Source: Paragordius varius (Eukaryota; Animalia; Nematomorpha). Taken from it: a stretch of 64,000 nt of DNA. The notes under the pieces are model-generated. The model saw only the letters and a program-made list of their open reading frames with translations, had not been told where the DNA came from and did no database searches. Location: the NCBI GenBank assembly GCA_964247055.1, contig OZ176051.1:13578001-13642000 (forward strand), written 5' to 3'. Of this stretch, positions 10,991-25,309 are shown piece by piece (the stretch's first letter is position 1; every line of letters begins with the position of its first letter). The position numbers and the translations under genes were made by a program.

Positions 10991-13718
10991 ATCTTTTCTT
11001 TAAAGTTTGAAGAGGGACAATTTTGTTTTACATTCAGACGCCGAAATTTCCCATACGCATAACCAATGGCTGGCCTGGATATCTTTTTTACATTAATAAG
11101 ATTAAAAAATATCGGCTTGTTTTACATAACATTTTTAAACATTACCAATTTCTATATGGTTTTAGCTTCCTTTATTGAAGCGTAATTGTTTTTTCTCCAC
11201 AAATACAAGTTAAAACTTAAAAATTACATAAGAAACTTGTAGATTCATCACCTAACCAATTAAAAGAACGATAGCCGATAATTGTACTGTAAATGATAAT
11301 AATTACACCAAACAGGGAAGATATTAATTAGCATAAATGTGATTAAACGATCTATTTTAACAATACCCTCTCAGATTATTGAAATTTTCAGCGTCACATT
11401 TTAATATTAAAACCTTAAAGAGCTTATGCACTGTTTCCATACTTCGAAACATCGAATTCAACAAAATATTGTTAAATTGTAAATTTTTAAAAAAATTTAT
11501 TAATTATTTTTATCTGATTTCATAATCATCGTACAACTCATAATTTAGGAGTTTTAAATATAATTGGGAGTATATGCGGTAGTAAAACGTTTTAAACGAT
11601 TTTTGGTAAATATAATTTTGAAAGTAAGCCATTGATTAATCTTATTCAAAATATTGCACAGGTTTCCATACGTATGACCCGCTTAATATATTAATGGCTT
11701 AACAAAAAAACTAATAATCTTTTGCCGACAACCATTCTCAAGCCCTTTTCCAACGTCTTCAAAAATATTGACCTACTGCTGAAGTGAGCACTGTTAATCC
11801 CAAATTATATTGGTTAGATGGTGCCAGGTCACCAGAGTTCAGTGGATACAAAGGAATATTTCTATCGAAGCTATTCCAAGGTATATTTTAGTGGTTTGTT
11901 GTGCAAGTCAGAGCGTCATGTCACTAAATAATTACCACGTCTTCTGGGTAAATTCCGGTCGTTTTTTGATAAATGGTTTATATTTGGATATTGTTTACGC
12001 TGAAGTGTGATTGTATTATGTATGATGAAAACCTTTACTGGGAAAATTTTTAAAGAAAATACCGCTTTAGTGGCACGAGGCATAGATTAGGTCTTACTTA
12101 CTGAAATGATGTGGCTTAAATCTTGATCGACCCCACGGTTTCCTAGTTTGTATTTGCAAAATAAGCCACTCACCCGATCGAATTCGATACAAACCGGAAT
12201 TTCATTCCTGACGTTTAAGCAATGTATCACTAATCATGCGATTATCGATTTTAATTAAAATTGTGTAGGACCCACATACCGAGTTTATTGGTCTTTCTTA
12301 TTGCTCCCACATTAATTGTTGTATAGACATGTAATTGCCAAATTTTGTCAAGTTTCAATAGGGGCCTTATCCAAAAACCCTAGCAATTCCCTTGACAGTT
12401 GAGTGTCTACCAGTGCGTGAGCGTCCATAAAATCACAATATATTATATTTCGAAACCATGCTTCACAGGTTTTAATCGAGAGCATGTTTATCATATGTTT
12501 CGATGCAAACAATATTTCAGCAGTTTTTTGTTTAATAGCAATGCGTGCCGCAAAAATTATTTTCCGGGCACGAATTAAATCCTAGAATAATATGAAGAAG
12601 ACGCTACCTTTTGGAGGACTCAACTTCTCTATGTTTGTCTTAATGTCAGATAAACAAATGATTGTGGCAAATAATCGCTTCGTATTTTACGCTGGGGTCT
12701 TATCTAAATTTAGCCGGAGATAACTTACACCACAACTATTACGAATCCATCAATCCTGCTTCTTCCGAGATCATATCCTTGAATAAGGCTATCATTTCAA
12801 GCTTCAAACTATATGAATGCGTTTTGAAAAACAGACCAAACATTTTAAGTAGGATATTATCAAAAAAATCATAGAACATGACCAAAAACATCAAAAACCT
12901 AAGAGGTAAACAAAAGAGCATTCGTTTTTCATATAAATTCTAATTTAAAAATATCTTACAAATACATATGATGGTCATAATTATGCAACAGCTAATCATA
13001 GATCAAATACCGAAAAGAAAACAAACACTAATATGGTCCTCCAAAACATTTCTCACACGAGAAATTTTAAATACGAAAGTAAAGTAAAATTGTTAAAAAT
13101 TTAGAATTAATCTTTTCGAATTTTGTAGCAAAATGTTATAATAAATAATATTTAACAATATTATTTTGTTAAAAATCTAACAAAAAATTTGTTTGCCCAT
13201 ATATTTTCGGATTGCGGCCTGCCATATTTTTGATCCAAAAAAGGCCATTGTCTAGGAACACCTTATCAATTAATTTCATTACGATATACTGTGCAAGGAA
13301 AACAACATGTTTATCAACATATTGATAAACATGTACAACATTCGATTGGTGCTTACAAAATACTAGCATAAATTTATTTCTTACAATCTATACATGTACT
13401 CACACAAAAAACTACGCAATAAATAACCAATATTACATTAGTTTTCCATTAAAAAATTTCTTCAAATAAAACTAAATATTTAATACTGGTATAATCATTA
13501 TGGTCTAAAAAATTTAACTATTTTATTATATTGATTAGATTTATACATTAAAAAATCGAATTATTTTTATTTTTTAATTACTAAAAAAAGGAAATATCAG
13601 ATTACTAGAAAATTCATATTCCGTAAATTAAAAACTTCTCGGCCTTTAAAACTAATTTCTTGTAATATGTAGACAATAAATCAATACTAAAAAATTAAGC
13701 CAAAGAATTAATTATTAC

Positions 13719-14024
13719 GTAGCAATTGGGTTTGCTAAACAAGGAGGGGCTTAGCTTTTTGCAGTGACATCTGTTGAAACTAGCGCTTTTATGACTATTA
13801 TGTTTTGAAATGTATCGTTTGTTTAATCTTAAACGTTCATTTGAATTTTGAGGGTTGCTTAATGGAGTGCTTATGGCGTAATCAAGCAGGCTGGGTTTGT
13901 TTAAATATGAGAATTCAAGATAATCCCAAATAGTATTTCGTTTGGGAAATTGACTAAAGTTCATATAACACCTGCATAACAACTGAGTGTTATTACAAAA
14001 TTCTTTTGGGCTCGTTGATGAGAT
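13719..14024 (-). CDS. Probable exon (102 codons, phase 0-0) of an unidentified gene
   Basis: ttttag acceptor at 14026-14025, open frame ISSTSPKEFCNNTQLLCRC...KPNCY, and gtaata donor at 13718. Confidence 0.4.
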
Positions 14025-16066
14025 CTAAAATGTTATGATAAATACCACTGAATATTAGATAAAAACTCATAAGTATTAATCTTATCAAAGTCGCTAAAAA
14101 TATATTATATAGGGTAAAGTTATACCTTAATGGCTATGAATAGTGGAATTATATATAACATGGTACGCAAAAAATTATAAACAATAGCTAATCATATTTT
14201 TTATCATCTAATGTGACCTTTAAAACAATAATAACATATCTCATTCTTTTACCTTCAAATGGTCAAATATAAAAAAATGAAATGATTAAATAAATATAAT
14301 TATGTATAGGAGTGTTATTTATTCGAATACGAAATATTTTTGTCGCATAGAATGTGAACGCTTAATTTTTTAGCGTTTATACGCTTTCAATAAAGTCAAT
14401 GCTTTGTTGACGCGGTTTTAATATATATCTACATCGAAAATTACTTAAAGAACATCCAAAAAAAATATTTGGACATGGAAAAGTGCCATATGCTTTAACT
14501 CTAAAAATATCTTTAATAGTGACACGCCAAACAGATACATATGAATCACTTAAATAAATAAATGTATTGTAAATTATTGGTGGTTGATTAAATTTTGTAT
14601 TTTATTTTTTGGGATAGATACTTACATAGAATGGGTGATGGAATTTTAATATATGCGTTAAACTATTACAAGAGATAAATTTGAAAATAATCCAAACAAT
14701 ATATTCATTTATGATTACTTTTACCATTTGTTATAAAAAAAAGTGCCCTATATGTTTCAAGAGATATTGTTAAAAGTGGCATTTAAAAATTTTATTTTTA
14801 TTTTTTAATGATAGTCAAGGTGAGTCTAATATATAGAATTTCTTTGAAACGTTCCAAGATCAAAATCGTTACAAAACGCATAAATACGTTTGACCACCCA
14901 TTTCATAAATTTCATTTGGTATATCGCTAGATTAAAGATGCATATTTGGTAATTTCGTTACCATAGTCGGCATCAGCTAACGATCCACAAATAATGGGTT
15001 TTTTAGTGAAAGTGATTGTTTTTTGGGTTGAATTACCTTCCAAGGTTATCTCAATATATATTGGACGATTTATTAAGAATTGCACAGGTATAATATATAA
15101 ATATTATGGTTAAGACTCTGGGGAGATTATATACATTCTACCAATAATTCGTAAAATATTAATTCTATTATTTCACCTCATGAAACCCCAAACAATTTAA
15201 GCGACCCAAAAGTGCCCAACTACGACTAACTAAACCACTATAAGACCATTTTTGGAGTCCCATCCCTTAACATTCTAATTAGAGCACTACACAACAAACA
15301 ATATGGCGGAATCTATATATGATTCTCTATAAAGGCTATTGTTATGCGATAGTATAGCATCCTATAAACCTAAGTTCTAATCTTAGGAACGACGGGTTCA
15401 TTTTAGGGTAATACTATTTTATCACATACAGGCAAATGCAACCGACCGTTCGTCTTAACTTCAATAGCTCTCAAGCTGAATAAAACTACTGACTAATTGA
15501 TTCAGATACGATAGAAATCTAATAGTTTTAGACAAATTAAAAACCTCTGTGTATTAAATAATATAAACCGCCCACAAACCTTTGGTTAAAGTATTTTGAA
15601 TGCAAAGAGACCTAGGTAACATTAAAGATAGTAAACTCTGCTGGATAACAAGATCTGTGTTCGATACACTATTTTATCAAGAGTGTCCTTATACAATTAT
15701 AAAACAAGTTGGTCTTTAATTTTTTAAGTTGGCGTAGATTCGTAATTATTGCATTATCTATTTTTAATTATAGTCAAATATCTTTGTTAATTAGTATATT
15801 TTCTTATAACTTTTTTTCCAAAAGAATATAATTAACTGCTCAATAATGTTATTTAAGAAAAACTCTTTAATACCAGAAAACTTGTATATTACTTAATTAG
15901 GCGTTTTAATTTTATTAATATTATTATATTGTAAAATAAATAAATATCACGGTTTTCAAATGAAAAAAGTTGATATTAATTGAATAGTGTACGATAGATA
16001 AAGATAAAGGCTAGAAATAGGATAAATGAATGATACATTGTTGGATTGATAGAGACAGAATATAAA

Positions 16067-16172
16067 CGTTAAAGGACCAATTGGTAATGTTCAAGGACCA
16101 ACTTATGTTGATCATCTTTACTTGAAATGGTCAAGGACTAACTTGTAATGTTAAAGGACATTCAAGTGGAAT
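16067..16172. repeat. Remnant of the 21-bp array of the CCATTT MITE family (same subtype as 52731-53376)
   Basis: Decayed units resembling gttcaaggaccaacttgaaat. Confidence 0.6.
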
Positions 16173-16449
16173 TGATATAGAATACTACCCAGGTACAGAA
16201 AACTTTGACCTTTTGAGAATTCGCATAAAAGCCGATACCATTTGAGAAAGGCGAAAGAGGAATAAATTAAATCATAAGAGAGAGTAATCTATCTCAATAA
16301 ATAATCCCTCGATAGTAAAAAGTAGCCCCAAGGTCTAAAACTGGACTGATCCTATGGGTTAATTTTTCATATGATAAAAAGGAATGGAAGAATGCATGTT
16401 GTTGTTAAGAGCTTGTAATCGATTATCGACAATTAGCGATTTCTTAACT

Positions 16450-17260
16450 TTCTCTACTCGGTTCAATCATGGGCTTTTAGAGTTAGTTTTTACAGGGATA
16501 TTTTGGAAAGTGATTTAACTTTTGTCTATCTAACGAATACGTTTTCTTCTTCCTCTCTTTCCATTTAGTTTTTCTAACATTTCTTTTCCAAAGAATACCG
16601 AAAATTATGTGTCCAATATAACCAAATTTTTGTTTGGTTATTTTACGTAGGTGTTTGTGTGTGGATTTCTTGTCATCTTTTTTAATGGTCTAGCTTTCAC
16701 AGCCATATAACATGATAGGGAATATAAGGGCTATTTTTAATTGTATGTCATGTATTTCCATAGTTTGTTATGGGAAGCCAAAGTGCATTTGGCTATTGCT
16801 ATACGTCTTTTTGAGTCTTGTGAGCTGGAACTTAATGTATTAATAATGCTTCCCGGATAGGTATATTCGTTGATCACTTGGATTTCATTATTAATTCGTG
16901 GCAAATCATAGGTATGGAAGGAGTTGATGTGAGAGATTTTTGCTGAGATTTAGTGTTAGCTTGTATATTTTGTAGACATCGAAAGTGCAAAGACTGTCAA
17001 GGTTTGTTTGGGAATTAAATAAAATTACCGTGTCATCGGCATTATGAAGAGTCGTCAGAGTGTTAACCTTTGAAGATAATTGTTAATCACTGGGGGATAA
17101 AATGCTTAACGTTAACCTATGTTTATTGGGCTCCAGGCGGTATGTCTATGGGTGCTAAGTGATAGCAATGAATTGACGCATATTAATTTGATTAGTATGA
17201 TTGGGTGATAGGAAACTCCTATTTGTTTAAGGGCAGAGAATGTCGTATAAAGATTAATAA
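16450..17260 (-). mobile_element. Degenerate RTE-clade LINE fragment (3' part of RT)
   Basis: Minus-strand remnants NADDTVIL (about 17040), YPGSII...KRRIAIAK and LIFPIMLYGCES*TIKK, typical of RTE ORFs, with stops and frameshifts. Confidence 0.8.
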
Positions 17261-19664
17261 TTATTGTTATATTATTATTTGAGTGATAATGGAAGTATAA
17301 AAATATTATGTAAATTACCTGATGTTTTCTATAAAGTTAGCATATCATTTATCATAGAATTTTTATATAAAAATATATATTTTTCATATTTAAATTAAAA
17401 TACCTGATTATATTGCAAGGTTAACCAATGATATAATCACAATTATGGACAATATCATCCAATAAGGAAATATTAAATATTCTATACAGTTTCCACAATT
17501 GTTCAAGTACCACAAAATCGCAATTATGTAAAATTACATTTTTAAATACGAGTTTCGTTCCAAATTATTTTTTTGGTATCACAATCTGTCAGAAAATTTC
17601 TTATCGCACAACATTGTTTTTTGTCGTTAATGAGTAAATTATCTCTTCTTAAATGTTGCATATTGATGCTTTTGGACCCTATATTTAAACATTGAATTTT
17701 TCCATTTAAATCGAGTTTATGATATCAAATGCTCTTTGAAATAATCCGTTTTACCAAAAAATATTTAGCATGCGCCTAATTTGTGATTATTTTATATGGA
17801 TATTCTACAAAAGTAGTAAAAACTCTATTTAAATCGTAAGTTACTAATCGAGAAGCACGATGGGTATCTTGATGATTTTATCAGAATATATATAGATACA
17901 TAGAAATATTTCTTATATCCCATATTTTAATACATTGTGTAATATAAGAGAAAGCCTAATTAAATAGTACTTGACTAAATACGGAAATATCCATATCAAG
18001 ACTTAAAGTATAGTAATTTATTATTCTATACTAAAATTCTGGAATCAATTGATGAGATAGGGGTAGGTGTGTAGCTATGGCTTATTTTTCTTAATTGAGA
18101 ATAGTGGTAATGATACAAATACGTAAAACACTGTGCATACCATGTGAGGGCAATTAAACCACCAATATAAATTTGATACATATAATTTATTATAATCTTT
18201 TTAGCAGTGTATTATATGCATAAAGTAATATTGATTATAAATGAATTTTAGTTAGTTTAAACGTAATTTCTGTATACCAATAAGTTAAGATCTTGTCCGT
18301 GTTCTTGCCAAGCGTGTGGTGCGTCCTAAGATATACATATGATTATATATATACATATATATCATATATGTATATATAATATATTACTAATTCTATAATT
18401 CTTAATTAAATTTTTTACATAAAACATTAGAAAATCTCTTAAAATTATTAAAATATAGGGTCTTTTAGCCGGAATCAGAGCCACTAATCAAGAAGCTCTT
18501 TTTGAGACGAAACCGAAACACTTAGTTCCGGTTTTAACATTTTGACATCTACATTAGTTAATTTTATTGAAACAACCCTATTAATCATTAATTCTTCCCA
18601 AGTAACAAAAAGGAAGTGTTCATATCTCCAAATAAATATTCAAAATGTGCCATGGAATAATCACAATATCATTTATTTAATAAAAGTATTATTATTAATT
18701 TTAATTAAATTAACTTCTGAAAGATTATAACTATTATTTTTGATTGAATTCGGTACATACCAAAATCCTAATAAAGTGGACGTCTTCAGCAATCTGAACA
18801 ATTAACTCATAAAACAGATGAGCAGTAATGTTAAAAAAAATAATTAATTTTATAAATTAAAATGGCTATATTTTGTTTAATAGATGAAACTTTTCAAATA
18901 ATTTTTTTTTCTTTCCCTTAAATTCAACGTGACTTCCAAATTATTTCGTAGCTTTCACTATAATTTTGGCCCTAAATTTGGCACATCGGGGGTATAATCA
19001 AATTTCCTCATGAAATATATGTATATTTTGATACATTAATGTATAAGGATTATTTTCATGTGCTTTTAGTATCGGATTTTCGTATGATTTAGATACGTTT
19101 TTTTTACTTTATAAGAATGTAATTCACCGTCAAAAAATCACAAAAATTTGCGCATATTATGCTGAATAAATATTTTTTTAGTGAGGATAAATTCATCCCT
19201 AAAAGTAAAACATTACATATAATATGTTTTATAGCAAAACAGTGTTATTATAAAATTTTAGATGCAGACTCCAAAAGTCACAAATGTTGCCCCCTTCAAA
19301 ATCTTTATTAATAAAATAAGCGAAAATTCCGAGTTTCGTGATAAGAATTCCGTTTATTACAATTATGTGTAACTTATTTTATGCTCGGTCGCACCTGTGT
19401 CGCCGAGACTTCTTGTGTGTCTTTTTATATAATATTTTAGCGAATATGTCTCTTTTTGTTTTTTCTGTTGTCTTTTTGTTCTTCACAATTTAAGATTATG
19501 TATTAAAGTAAAAACTAATTCAAGTATCTATAGGTCGGTCTTAATTGATTTATATGTATATATACATACATGTATCTCAAAATCATCCTGTCCGCTCGGT
19601 AGTACGGATGCCAAGACTTGTATAGATATCTTCCTGTTCATATATAAATATCTTTATTTTTTAA

Positions 19665-20688
19665 CTAGGGTAAATCTCGTGCTGCTACGCCGCCAGAGGA
19701 AGTCCTCTGACTTCTGGGGGGGGGGGGGGGGGGGGGGGGGGCCTTTTTGATTTTATAAGCAATTTTGGTATACGGCACGAAGTTTTAAAATAATCACATA
19801 GTCCCATCTTCTGAAATTTGGCTCCAAAGGCATGCTGTATCGATATGATGGCGCAGTTGTAGGCGGGTAGCCCCCTACTCATAGGCCAATATAAAAATGT
19901 AATTAGAAAAAAAATTTGCCTTTATACCTGGAATAATCGTTTATTCCCAATAGTTTGTGGAAGAATGGCTTCAAAACTAAATAATAGCTCAATGATAGCG
20001 CATTTTTAGGGAGTAAAGGTACTATTTAACGGCTTATTCAAAAGATCCGCTCGACTAAAATTTTTGACTTTTTACGGTTAATACTTTAAGCAGTCATTGA
20101 ACTCATATGGCCTGATAGGTTTTGTAAAATTTAGCCCCAAAAGCACGCTATTTCGATATGACGGGTCAGTTTTTCGCGGGTAGCTCATTACCTAGGTATC
20201 ATCAAAGAAACGCTTGACTAAAATTTTTGACTTTTATCAGGGAATACGTGGAATCTATATTGAATTTTTACAGAGTCATACCTAGGGCGAAAACTAGATT
20301 TAAATAATTATTTTTGTGGACTTTGTTTTTTGAAAAAAATGGCACTTTACGGGGGGAGCTGGTAAAAAGAGGGCCTAAATTAAAAAAGCGAGACGACTAT
20401 GTTCGGCGCAATCGAAAATAAGTAAACAAAAATCATGTTTGAAATTGAATGGTCCAACACGTTCTCCAGATGTCTCAAAGACACGATTTTTGTGGACTTC
20501 TGTTACCAAAAAAAACCCTTTTTCACACGGGGTTGGCCCGAACTCGGGGCCTATTTCAAAAAAAGGGCGAAGCTATTGTCGGGGCATTCATTAATGATTA
20601 TATATTTTCGATGTTTGGATTTGAATGGGTCTACCGTTCCGGTACCAGGTCACAAAGCCCGCTTTTTCCATTTTTATAAATATATAGA
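19665..20688 (-). mobile_element. Non-autonomous Helitron of the same family as 5554-6654
   Basis: Reverse-complement copy: 5' TC at 20688-20687, 3' CTAG at 19665-19668 preceded by an imperfect version of the same hairpin. Internal sequence is shared with 5554-6654. Confidence 0.88.
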
Positions 20689-21179
20689 TTATTATATTTA
20701 GCTCAAAAAAATGATAGAATAGATTATAAATCTTCTATATAATCACATTCATATGCTTTTTTATTACAAATCATGAGTTTAAATTTTTTTAATATGTTTT
20801 CTTTTCATTCTTATATCTTTAAACTGTTAATGAATGTTAAATTGTAATTATCAACTTCAAGTTAAGAGTTAAACATTTCCATAAATTATCTTTTTCCGAA
20901 TTTAAATCCCATTTTTTTTCCAAGTTTCTCTTCATATAATATTAGAAAAGGCCAATTAAAACCAAAATAATTATTTTTATGCCTTTTATTACTTCTTTAT
21001 TCACTATTTCCGATAATTTTATTACTATAATCCCAGTTAAACATTTTGTTGATTTTGTTTTCAGTTGTTTTTTATTGTGTTACTTTTAAGATATCTTTTA
21101 AGTTATCACTTAGATTGTAAAGACGGAATCTATACACCTTAAGTATGGTTGAACAAAGAGTGTATAAAAATATGCTAAA

Positions 21180-23545
21180 AATTAAAATGATAGATAAAAT
21201 ACGTATGGGAAACTGGAACGTCAGGGGTTGGAATGATGAAAAAAGACCCTAATAGGTAAGGATATGCGAAGAATCCAATTAAATATTTTGGGTATCATTG
21301 AATGAAATAAGGAGGGAGGGTGTTGGTGAATAGTAAATAAAAAATAGAATGAATATTCGTTTAATTTACATGAGCATCAGATTTATTGCTAGCCCATTTA
21401 ACTTAACATATATCATTTTGTGAAAAAATTAAAAACCAAATAGATTATTTTATAGGACAACAAAGTTCTTCATAAATGTCAAAACCAAAAAAAGTTGTGA
21501 CTGATCAAGCGATTACAAATTATAAATAACAACAATTAAAACGCACTTGCTAAAACCACGGAAGAATAAAAAAGAAGACAAATACAACGTATAACAAATC
21601 CCTTTAGAATATAAGATAGAAGTAAACAATAGATTTGAATTATAGCTAAGAAAAATAATGACTTAGAAAACCAATGGAATAGTATAAAAACAATAATTTA
21701 CGCTGCAGCACAAAAATAATTACCAAAGAAAAAAACATCATATAAAAAAGGGTTATTAGATGACTGCATAAAAATAATTGAAGAAAGAAGAAGAGCTAAG
21801 AAAAGAGGAGAAATATATATTGTTAAGAAATAATTCAAGACTCCAGAGACAGAAAAGGAAGGACTTGGAAAACTACTGGAATGAACAATGCACGACTATT
21901 GAGGAAGCAAACAGAAAAGGCTTAAGTAAGCCTCTGTTCCAAACCATCAGAAAATTAACAAATTAATACCAACTTCCAAACATTAAAATTAAGGATAATG
22001 ATGGAAGGATCGTAACGACGGAAATAGAAATCAAACAAAGATGGGAAAATTACACCAAACAGCTATATAGTGCGCACCCAGGTGCAAACGATAGACAAAT
22101 ATATCGGAATGGGGTGATGAGTTATGTATAATGGATGCAGAGGTAGTAAAAGCTGTAAAATCGATACCAATAAGGAAAGCCTCGGGAATAGACAATATTC
22201 TATTGGAATTAAAATAGAATATACCGATATCAGTTAGACATACATTGTGTCAGGAAGTATGGAAGTCAGGTATTTGGCCAAAAGACTGGCAAACTTCATT
22301 GTTTATCCCAGTCTTTAAAAATGGAGATAAACCAAATTGCGAGAACTATAGAAACATAGCTCTCATTAGTCGCAATTAAATTTTATTGAAGATTATCCTG
22401 AACAGACTACACTAAGTGATAGCCAGTGAGATTCCGGATTTCAATCAGGTTTTATGAAAGGGCATAGAACAAGAGATCACATCTCCAACGTGAGACGAAA
22501 GATTGAAACTTGTTAAGAATTTCATGTAGAGTTAGTAATATGTTGTATTAATTATGCCCAAGCTTTTGACTCGTTTAACCATGTCCATTTATGGCGAAGT
22601 TTGGGAGCAATGGGAGTTACAGCAAAACTCATAGCCTTGCTCAAAAATTTGTATGACGGCCAAAAAGCCGTAATATAAACCTCGGTGGACAGAACCAACA
22701 AAATTGTAATACAGAAAGGTGTTAGACAAGGATGTTGCTTCTTACCATATTTGTTTAATATTTGTACAAAAGTGATCATGAGAAAATAGATGAAACTACT
22801 GAAAGCCTAAATAGGAGGGAGAAGGATTAGCAATCTAAGATTCGCAGATGACACGACGCTTATCGCAGATAACGTAGAAAGTTTAAAGAATATGATAAGG
22901 TTAGTAAGAGAAGAAAGCAAATATGGATTGAACCTAGATCCTAGGAGAAAACCTAAATTATGAGTTTATTAGAAAATAAACCGAATATAACCATAGACGA
23001 CACTCCAGAAGTAGTAAATAAAATCCAATTTTAGGCTCTCTAATAGATATAAACGGCTCCTCCATGCCAGATATTAAACGCCGCATAGAATTAGGGAAGA
23101 GCTGCGATCAAGTTGACTAAATTATGGAAAAGTAAAAATATGAGAAACACAAATAATGAAATGCATGGTTTTTCCGGTAGCAACTTATGCTGCCGAATAT
23201 TGGACACTAAAACAGAATGATAAAAAAGGATTGCAGCATTTGAAATGTGGTGTTGAGGAGAATGTTGAATATATATTCAACATTCTCCTCAACACCATTA
23301 GATGCTCTGACAAGGTTAAGAATGAAACAATAAGAGAAAAAGTAAATATTGAGAGTTTAATGGAAGCCATATAAAAAGAAAGTTCACGGACATTGGTCAC
23401 ATTTTAAGAAGTACATCTCTTGAGAAGAATTTAGTTTTTGGAAACGTTGAAGGGAAAAGAAAAAAATACCAATGTTTAGATGGCTGGATACTGTAAAGAA
23501 GGAGTCTGGTAGATGTATAAAGGAATTGCATGGAAAAGAGACAAG
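21180..23545 (+). mobile_element. Near full-length but decayed RTE-clade LINE (APE endonuclease + RT)
   Basis: GNWNVRG (APE N-terminus, about 21210), ENYRNIAL, AFDSFNH, RISNLRFADDTTLIA (FADD at 22841-22852), VFPVATYAAEYWTLK. Many stops and frameshifts. Confidence 0.9.
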
Positions 23546-25309
23546 TGGAGAGAACTCGTCTTTTTAATTTTTAAGGGGTCGAACTCGACCTACCCACCTA
23601 TGTTTAATTGCATTTTATGGCATTCCCTGACTCTTCCCTTGGGTTTCGCCATAGCTTAATAAGGTTTAATTTATATGCATCTAAAAATAATTTTAGAAAC
23701 TATCATATATTCCAATCGCCGAATCTCAGGATTTTTGCGTTTATTCAAAAAACCCGCTATTTTAGAAGGGGAGAGGCAAAAATTTATTTCCGGAGCCCAT
23801 ATCAAAAAATTAAATTTTTATAAATATGGTTTTGCTATTTAAACATTTTTTTTGGATGAAGTATTTGGGTTTCGGTAAAAAGATTTGTCTGAGTAATGTG
23901 AGCAATATTTTGCAATATGAATCTATTAGCAAAGTGTAAATATTTTTTCATAAATGTAAGGCCCAAAACCAAAAAATACAAGAATCCGGTATTATTCTAT
24001 CAGATATATTTCGTTAATTATTTGTCTTTTTTGGTACTCAAAAGAAGTAAGACCCTCACAAGCTGATCTATATGGTAAAGACATAAAATTTTTAAATTTA
24101 GCCAGTGTATTTAAATGCACTTTCAAATCAGCTCAGCGAAATATAAATTTTAGTTGGTTTGCATATAAAAAGTAAAAAAGATGGATATATAGCAAGTTAG
24201 CGGAGAACCTATGTTATAAATAGGCCAAGTTGTCAAATAATTAATATAAATTTATTTTTAGTAGCTAATATAATTATTAAAGAGACAGGCCCCAAAGAAA
24301 TCTGAAAGATGTCTAGGTCATACCCAAAAAATCAATTTGGCTGTTTTGAGTCTAAACCTTTTTTTTATTGATTTATAAATCTATTTTGATAGTGAATATT
24401 GAGTGTTTTACATCTATTATCCATAATTCTCTACTGAAAATAAAAATTCTTGATATTACCCACGAGCATTTTTCCTAAAAATTTTAAATATTAGATTCGT
24501 GTCCAGTTAGCAATAAAATATATAAATTAATTTGAATGCAAATTTAATTAAAATTCACAGAGTGTTAATCAGTATTTTACTAAACTAAAAAAATGTTTTT
24601 TATATATATTTCAAATATAACTACAGGTTGCGGATCAATTTACTATTAAATAACCCTCAAATGGTTAAACCAATTTATACGTTTTAATAAATTTTTCTTT
24701 TAAGTCAAATGTTTATCAAGTCTTTCCGTATTTTAATTTTAAGAACGAGAGTCTAAATGCCTTATTTGGAAACAATTAGTTTTCCCAAAAAAGTCATAAA
24801 TTTCGTGAAATTATGATTTTCTATTTAAATATACGGTATTTTTTTAACTCATAACCTTTAGGACACAACTGTTTCACTTACTTTTTTCCAAAGGTGTTCA
24901 ACATGCGACTTTTTAAATTTTGACTCGCCAACCAGCAGATGATAAATTTAACCCTTGATTGAAAATTTAGGTAAATGCCTTCGATTTTCGCCAAAGACCA
25001 CATAAAAAAATTATATGATCGTGTTGGTGAATTACAGTCTTTCCATGATTGAAATATATTAAAATATTTATTGTGTGCATTCAATACAGTCAGCAAAACC
25101 ATTTGTGTGGGACATGCATCATATGATTGTTTATGCAGACTACCAATTTGGTTGCACGATGTTATACACGAAAACTTGTTTTTTGTGATCAACCACAGTA
25201 TCAAAATACTTTTCAATGTTTAAAATGTTTTTTGTGTCAACAAAGATAAACTAATGAGTATCGTTAGCATCAAGAAGAATTTAAGGTATATAAAGATTAT
25301 GATTTAACA

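Noticed and set aside
11700-12900. GC-richer island with LPFGG (PIF1-like) and SPDL-like hints
   Set aside because: Flanking helicase or transposase motifs are absent and the frames are broken, so it cannot be assigned.
14940-15720. Possible mitochondrial insertion or structured RNA
   Set aside because: No conserved rRNA, tRNA or mitochondrial protein motif was recognised. Faint RT-like scraps (YILDDLL) suggest retroelement debris but are too weak to call.
24878-25216. 112-aa ORF with a few Cys just downstream of gene A
   Set aside because: Cys spacing does not fit the antistasin pattern, and no in-phase junction to gene A was found.
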